Assembly: GCA_963669175.1 (NCBI GenBank)
Contig: OY769902.1
Span: forward strand, 3,552,001-3,616,000
Direction of reading: 5' to 3'
From: a bacterium
GTDB lineage: Bacteria; Electryoneota; Electryoneia; Electryoneales; Electryoneaceae
DNA: 64,000 nt
The translations under genes and the position numbers were made by a program. A model generated the notes under the pieces. The model did not search any database and was not told where the DNA came from. It saw only the letters and a program-made list of their open reading frames with translations. Positions 59,208 through 64,000 of the stretch are shown here, piece after piece. Each line of letters starts with the position of its first letter. The stretch's first letter is position 1.

Positions 59208-59211
59208 CCAT

Positions 59212-59517
59212 ATGAAGCGTTCATTTCTATTGGCTGGATTCGTGCTATCTCTTTTGATGGGCGCCCTGGTATCCCCTTTCGCCTCTTCCCATCCGGACGG
59301 CCTGGAAAAGGTTGCTGAAGATAAGGAATTCATCCAACTTGCAGAGGAGACTCCAGCAGCATGGTCGAACTCACCAGCGCCGGATTACCAGGTAACTCTT
59401 TTCAGGAATGATTCTCTGGCAACCTCGTTCGCCGGCTTGTTGGGCACTATCCTTGTTTGCGTAATAGGAGTAGCGTTGGGGAAAATCCTGTTGCAGCGCA
59501 GGGAGTTTAAGCAGTGA
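59212..59517 (+). CDS. nikN: PDGLE domain protein (NikN)
   Basis: ASSHPDGLEKVA, PDY. Confidence 0.9.
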   Translation: MKRSFLLAGFVLSLLMGALVSPFASSHPDGLEKVAEDKEFIQLAEETPAAWSNSPAPDYQVTLFRNDSLATSFAGLLGTILVCVIGVALGKILLQRREFKQ

Positions 59518-60272
59518 GAAGTAGTGAAAGAATGTCGGGCAGTAGTGCCAGTTTCACCTTATTGCCTGCAGGCCATTTTCTTGTTACTGCAAGTGTCATT
59601 TTTATCGTGGCATCTACCCCGGCGCTCTTCTGGCATCATATGCTGGCTTTTGCGATACTGGCATTATGCCTGCTTATGGCAAGCAAAGTTTCTTTTCTGA
59701 AACTGGTATCAAGACTAGTACTGCTTTCTCCATTCCTGACCGCAGTTGCTTTGTCGTCCTTATTTCTGAGCGTTCCCGGAAAATCAGTTGATATCTGGCA
59801 TACAGCGTTGCCGTCCTTTTCCCCCAAGCACCTTCAATTCGCTGCCTGGTTGTTTACTAAGGCTCTGCTCTCAACCTGGCTGCTCCTTTTATTCGGGATG
59901 GCACATTCCCCCGTAAAAATCGGATCAGCAATGCGGCAACTACACGTCCCAGCTTTCTTTGTGGAATTGATTGAGATGACCATCCGGTATATGGGCGTCT
60001 TCGAAAGAGACTTCACAAGATTGCGTATGACTGCACTGGCGCGTGGATTAAAACTCAAACATCTGCTACAGATCGCGCCTTTGGGAAATCTCGCTGGCGC
60101 ACAATTCTTGAGAAGCATGGAGCATGGCGAACGAATTCACCTCGCCATGCAGGCAAGAGGATACAGCTCTCCGGTACAGGTGGAATCGAAACAGGAAGTG
60201 GGAATTCAGCAGTTGATACTACCCGTCTGTTTCATTGTTATAGCATTGGTTATTCGAATATGTCCATTATAA
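59514..60272 (+). CDS. nikQ: ECF transporter T component (NikQ/CbiQ)
   Basis: TIRY, ARG twice, FLRSMEHGERIHLAMQARG. Confidence 0.88.
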   Translation: MRSSERMSGSSASFTLLPAGHFLVTASVIFIVASTPALFWHHMLAFAILALCLLMASKVSFLKLVSRLVLLSPFLTAVALSSLFLSVPGKSVDIWHTALPSFSPKHLQFAAWLFTKALLSTWLLLLFGMAHSPVKIGSAMRQLHVPAFFVELIEMTIRYMGVFERDFTRLRMTALARGLKLKHLLQIAPLGNLAGAQFLRSMEHGERIHLAMQARGYSSPVQVESKQEVGIQQLILPVCFIVIALVIRICPL

Positions 60273-60982
60273 AATCAGATCCCTTGCTGACAGTCGAAAA
60301 ACTCAGCTACACGTACTCGGATGGGCGAGTTGCCCTGCGAGACATTTCATTTACCTTGGAGAAAGGCGAACGGCTTGGCATCGTTGGCCCGAACGGAGCT
60401 GGGAAATCAACCCTCCTGCTTCATCTGAATGGCTCTATTCTCTGCCCTCCGGACACGTACTCAATCAGAGGAGTTGTGGTGGGAAAGCGAAATCGTAACC
60501 TGGCGCGTGAAACCGTTGGGCTCATGTTTCAGCAACCGGATGACATGCTCTTCAACCTGACGGTTTGTGATGATGTCGCTTTCGGCCCACGTCGCCAGGT
60601 AATTTCCAGGGAAGAATTAAAAGATCGAGTCCAGGGAGCAATTCATGCAGTGGGATTGGAAGGCTTTGAAGAAAGACCTCCCTTTCACTTGAGCCTTGGC
60701 GAGAAAAAGCGAGCCGCGCTTGCAACATTGCTGGCGATGCGACCTGAAGTTCTCGCGTTGGATGAGCCCTTCAACAGTCTTGATCCAGCCGGGAAGCGGG
60801 AGATGATTGCTTTGCTGGCCAAGCTTCCTCAGGCCATGATTGTTGTCTCGCATGATCTGGAAGCCGTGTTACACTTGTGCGGAAGAGTACTCATCCTGAA
60901 CAATGGTAATATTATTGCCGATGGCCCTCCATATTCACTGTTTGCTGATACCACGCTGCTCGAATCCTGCCGTCTTGTTTGA
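60260..60982 (+). CDS. nikO: ECF transporter ATPase (NikO/CbiO)
   Basis: GPNGAGKST, FQQPDD, LSLGEKKR, LDEP. Confidence 0.92.
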   Translation: MSIIKSDPLLTVEKLSYTYSDGRVALRDISFTLEKGERLGIVGPNGAGKSTLLLHLNGSILCPPDTYSIRGVVVGKRNRNLARETVGLMFQQPDDMLFNLTVCDDVAFGPRRQVISREELKDRVQGAIHAVGLEGFEERPPFHLSLGEKKRAALATLLAMRPEVLALDEPFNSLDPAGKREMIALLAKLPQAMIVVSHDLEAVLHLCGRVLILNNGNIIADGPPYSLFADTTLLESCRLV

Positions 60983-60991
60983 TAATTCATC

Positions 60992-61690
60992 TCAAATATC
61001 TTTGATATAGAAACAGGTATTGCCGTTGTAAATCTTGTCCAGTCTCCAACCATATTTTTCATACACATGTTTTGCGCCATCATTATCATTGTACACCGAT
61101 AGCTGCATCCTGTTATAATTCATCGCTTTGGCATCATCCTCAAAGGCTTTCATCAGTTTCCCCCCCAGGCCATATCCCTGCGCCCAGGGCGCTACGGCAA
61201 TACTCGCCAGTCCGATTTTCCGTAAAACCTTGCCATCCTTCAGTTTCATCTGATGCAAATATGTTTCAACATTTGCTTTTTTCTTCCTGCTTCTCTTTCT
61301 AAGGATATTGACGCCAGTTCGAAATCGTGATTTGACATTGGCAATTACATCTTCCTGAAACCAGACTTTCGGGTGAGTCAAGATTCCCCATATCCCCGCC
61401 AGGATAACACCATAGGTTTTTGCCGGATCATACGCAGCATTGCTTCCAGCAACATACCCGGCAGGTCTGCCATCAATGGTCGCTACTTCTGCGATATTGC
61501 CTTCCACCTTGATGAACCATTTGATAAATACAGCTATATAGTTATCGCCTATGCGTGTGCTCATATATCCATTAAAAGCTTCGCGATGCACCTTGACCAG
61601 CTCCTTTATATCCGCTGGTTGAATCCTCCGGACTTCAACTATTGCATCTGCTTTGTTCTTTTTCTCGTTTAAATCTGTTGAGGACGTCAT
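60992..61690 (-). CDS. GNAT family N-acetyltransferase
   Basis: SIAVAPWAQGYGLG, NDGAKHVYEKYGW. Confidence 0.88.
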   Translation of the reverse strand: MTSSTDLNEKKNKADAIVEVRRIQPADIKELVKVHREAFNGYMSTRIGDNYIAVFIKWFIKVEGNIAEVATIDGRPAGYVAGSNAAYDPAKTYGVILAGIWGILTHPKVWFQEDVIANVKSRFRTGVNILRKRSRKKKANVETYLHQMKLKDGKVLRKIGLASIAVAPWAQGYGLGGKLMKAFEDDAKAMNYNRMQLSVYNDNDGAKHVYEKYGWRLDKIYNGNTCFYIKDI

Positions 61691-61824
61691 CTGCGTCTCC
61701 CTGACAATGAATCAGGTGTTAATGGTTTTTTACAGAATTGCGAATATACGCAAATTTTATTTCACCCGGAAAGACACACTTCCGGATGTAAATCTGACGT
61801 GAATCGTCAAGCGCTGAAAATAAT

Positions 61825-63201
61825 CTACAACACTACTTCCCGTGTTGATGATTCCTGGTAATTCCGGTTTATCCATCTCCAGAGCACAAAATAAACCAGG
61901 ATACCGGCAATCATTCTCCCGCCAGCAAACCCGGAAAACATTCCAGTTAAACCGTACCAAGTGGAGCCAGCCCAACTCAATGGAATGATAAACAGAAACA
62001 TCCGAAACAGGTTGTACACCAATCCCCGTCCGGCATGACGTAAGGCATTCAGCGAGTTTACAGATATACTGAATAAGGTATCAAAGACGAAACCGATTAT
62101 TCCGATATGCAGGAAAAGAACCAGTGGGGCAATTACGGCTTCTTCATCCGCAAATGCTTTTGCCAGAGGCTGCGCCGCGAGCATGATCAGTCCCAGGATA
62201 ACGACACTGACAACCAGGACAAACTTTGCTGACAGGCTGATGCCACGTTTCATCCGGTCATACCGTCCGGCCCCTGCATTCTGCCCCACGAATACTGTTA
62301 ATCCGGTTCCAACAGCCACCGGCAGCATCATGGCAAACATCTCGATACGTGTTCCGGCTCCATAAGCAGCAACCGCCTCATGACCATGGACAGCGATAAT
62401 CTTGGTCAGGATTCCTGCCGTAACCGGTAACATGATCATCGTCAGCGCAGCAGGCCCACCGACCTCAAATATATGCCACCAGCGCGCTATCATCCTCTTC
62501 ATGTTGGGCGGTTTGATTGAAACGAGCTTGTCACGGACCACCAGGATATACAGCGCAGCAAAAACAGTTGTTACTCGTGCGATAACTGTCGCCAGCGCCG
62601 CACCTTTTACTCCCATTTCCGGGAATGGTCCAACACCGAAGATCATCAATGGATCAAGAATAATGTTGATAACCGAAGCAATTCCCATGATCCACGCCGG
62701 CGCTACGGAATCTCCTGTACCGCGTATCGCTGAATTGCCTACCATGGGAATAACAACAGCAGCAGCCCCAAGATACCAGATACGCATATATTCCCGAATA
62801 ATGGGCATGATTTCCGGTTCAGCGCCCAACAACCTGAAAATAGGATCTATTGTCGCCAGTCCAAGAAATGTGAACACAACAACGATCCCCATTGCCAGCA
62901 TAAGACCATCACGTGCAAACAAACGCACTTGTCCCATGTCATCCTTGCCGACAAGCTGAGAAATTGACGCGGTTAAGCCCACGCCAATCCCCATGGTGAT
63001 GCCATTCAACAACATCACAACAGGAAAAGTGAAACTGAGCGCCGCCAGCTCCTCGCTTCCCAACTGTGAAACATACCATGTATCCGCGAGATTGAACGCA
63101 TTCATTGCCAAGATGCCGAAAAACATGGGCATGGCAAGCGTATATATTGCACGTCCGATTGGTCCGTTTACAACAATATCTCGTCTGGCTTTCCCGTTCG
63201 T
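61825..63201 (-). CDS. MATE family efflux transporter (start probably upstream of first ATG at 63132)
   Basis: GPIGRAIYTLAMP, DTWYVSQLG, RGTGD, NIILDPLMIFG, GAALAT, GQNAGAG. Confidence 0.92.
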   Translation of the reverse strand, partial: TNGKARRDIVVNGPIGRAIYTLAMPMFFGILAMNAFNLADTWYVSQLGSEELAALSFTFPVVMLLNGITMGIGVGLTASISQLVGKDDMGQVRLFARDGLMLAMGIVVVFTFLGLATIDPIFRLLGAEPEIMPIIREYMRIWYLGAAAVVIPMVGNSAIRGTGDSVAPAWIMGIASVINIILDPLMIFGVGPFPEMGVKGAALATVIARVTTVFAALYILVVRDKLVSIKPPNMKRMIARWWHIFEVGGPAALTMIMLPVTAGILTKIIAVHGHEAVAAYGAGTRIEMFAMMLPVAVGTGLTVFVGQNAGAGRYDRMKRGISLSAKFVLVVSVVILGLIMLAAQPLAKAFADEEAVIAPLVLFLHIGIIGFVFDTLFSISVNSLNALRHAGRGLVYNLFRMFLFIIPLSWAGSTWYGLTGMFSGFAGGRMIAGILVYFVLWRWINRNYQESSTREVVL

Positions 63202-63455
63202 AGTATTTATCTCCTTCTGGTTCCCAGCAAGTTCACAGAATCCTTCACCGAGCGCAACCTGAAATCGTTCCCGGTTCTCGCCTCACAGTCCTCACGCTCT
63301 TACTGCTTGCCATGAGTTTAAAAGGTATGATCACTTCAGGAGGTTGCTGCACTATACCTGGAATATCATACATCCTGTCAATATTTACTGCATTTGCAAC
63401 AATGATAATGCGACCTTGCCAACTCTGAAACATTGCTCACCAGTTTGGTATATTC

Positions 63456-63701
63456 CTATACCATTGCCTTTTCCCGCCGGTTGATATGTATCGCCTCTTC
63501 CTGGCAGGCTTTAATACATTTCAAACAACCCGTGCAGTTTTCAGCATGCTCTATTCGTACATGCTTGTGGAAAGGAATATCAATCTTCCCAAGTACGCCG
63601 TTCTTGCATGCTTCCACACAATTCCAGCAGGCGATACACCGCGGCGGAAAGATCTCGATATGATCCGTATGATGTACCTTTTTCCTGTGAAACAGCTTCA
63701 T
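63456..63701 (-). CDS. 2[4Fe-4S] ferredoxin-like protein
   Basis: CIACWNCVEAC and CTGCLKCIKAC; ATGA overlap with MarR stop. Confidence 0.88.
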   Translation of the reverse strand: MKLFHRKKVHHTDHIEIFPPRCIACWNCVEACKNGVLGKIDIPFHKHVRIEHAENCTGCLKCIKACQEEAIHINRREKAMV

Positions 63702-64000
63702 TCGGGCCCTCTGTCTGACATGCCCCAATCTGATTGTCCATCTCGATACAAGTCATCAAGAAAACCTCGTACCGTTTGTAAAACCTTCACCGTAGTCGCT
63801 ATCTCATCCTTGTCCAACCGTTCTGCGAAAAGGTTTTCCAGCTCATGAACACGACTATGTGTTGTTTGGAAAAGTCTGATCCCTTCTTCTGTCAGGGCAA
63901 CGTAGCTTCGCCTGGCGTCTCGCTGATCAGGGACACGTTGAACCAGTCCCTCCTCTTCCAGCGCCTTCACCTGCCGTACTACCGCCGCTGCGTTTATGTT
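63698..64000 (-). CDS. MarR family transcriptional regulator (5' truncated by window edge)
   Basis: AVVRQVKALEEEGLVQR..DQRDARRSYVALTEEG. Confidence 0.9.
   Translation of the reverse strand, partial: NINAAAVVRQVKALEEEGLVQRVPDQRDARRSYVALTEEGIRLFQTTHSRVHELENLFAERLDKDEIATTVKVLQTVRGFLDDLYRDGQSDWGMSDRGPE

Overview
64 kb of chromosome from a probably anaerobic or aerotolerant Gram-negative bacterium. An FCB-related lineage is inferred from a gingipain-like C25 protein with a T9SS-type C-terminal domain, alongside ordinary SD and sigma70 signals. Main genes: cydAB, rpmE, two tandem CDP-glycerol glycerophosphotransferase-like genes, nfnAB, rubrerythrin, three-subunit pntAA/AB/B, an orphan NtrY-like kinase, five exported peptidases/hydrolases (S12, S41 tricorn, S8, C25, S9), fprA, a dnaJ paralogue, amgK plus a RapZ-C/MurU fusion, one intact IS701-like element, a cold-shock gene, nikR-nikMNQO, a MATE and a MarR regulator. 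No rRNA, tRNA or CRISPR array was seen. The intergenic DNA is unusually rich in distinct palindromic repeat families: a 479-bp MITE-like element, REPIN-like units, and 238-, 107-, 82/83- and 28-bp tandem arrays. The best leads are: (1) a leaderless 37-codon leader ORF plus terminator in front of an uncharacterised gene (candidate attenuator); (2) sigma54-type promoters in front of peptidase and envelope genes; (3) a PntB with a duplicated helix pair; (4) a swapped RapZ-C fusion; (5) an island between nfnAB and pntAB bounded by inverted octamer repeats; (6) a MATE gene that appears to start at ACG. All calls come from reading the sequence by eye; no database searches were run.
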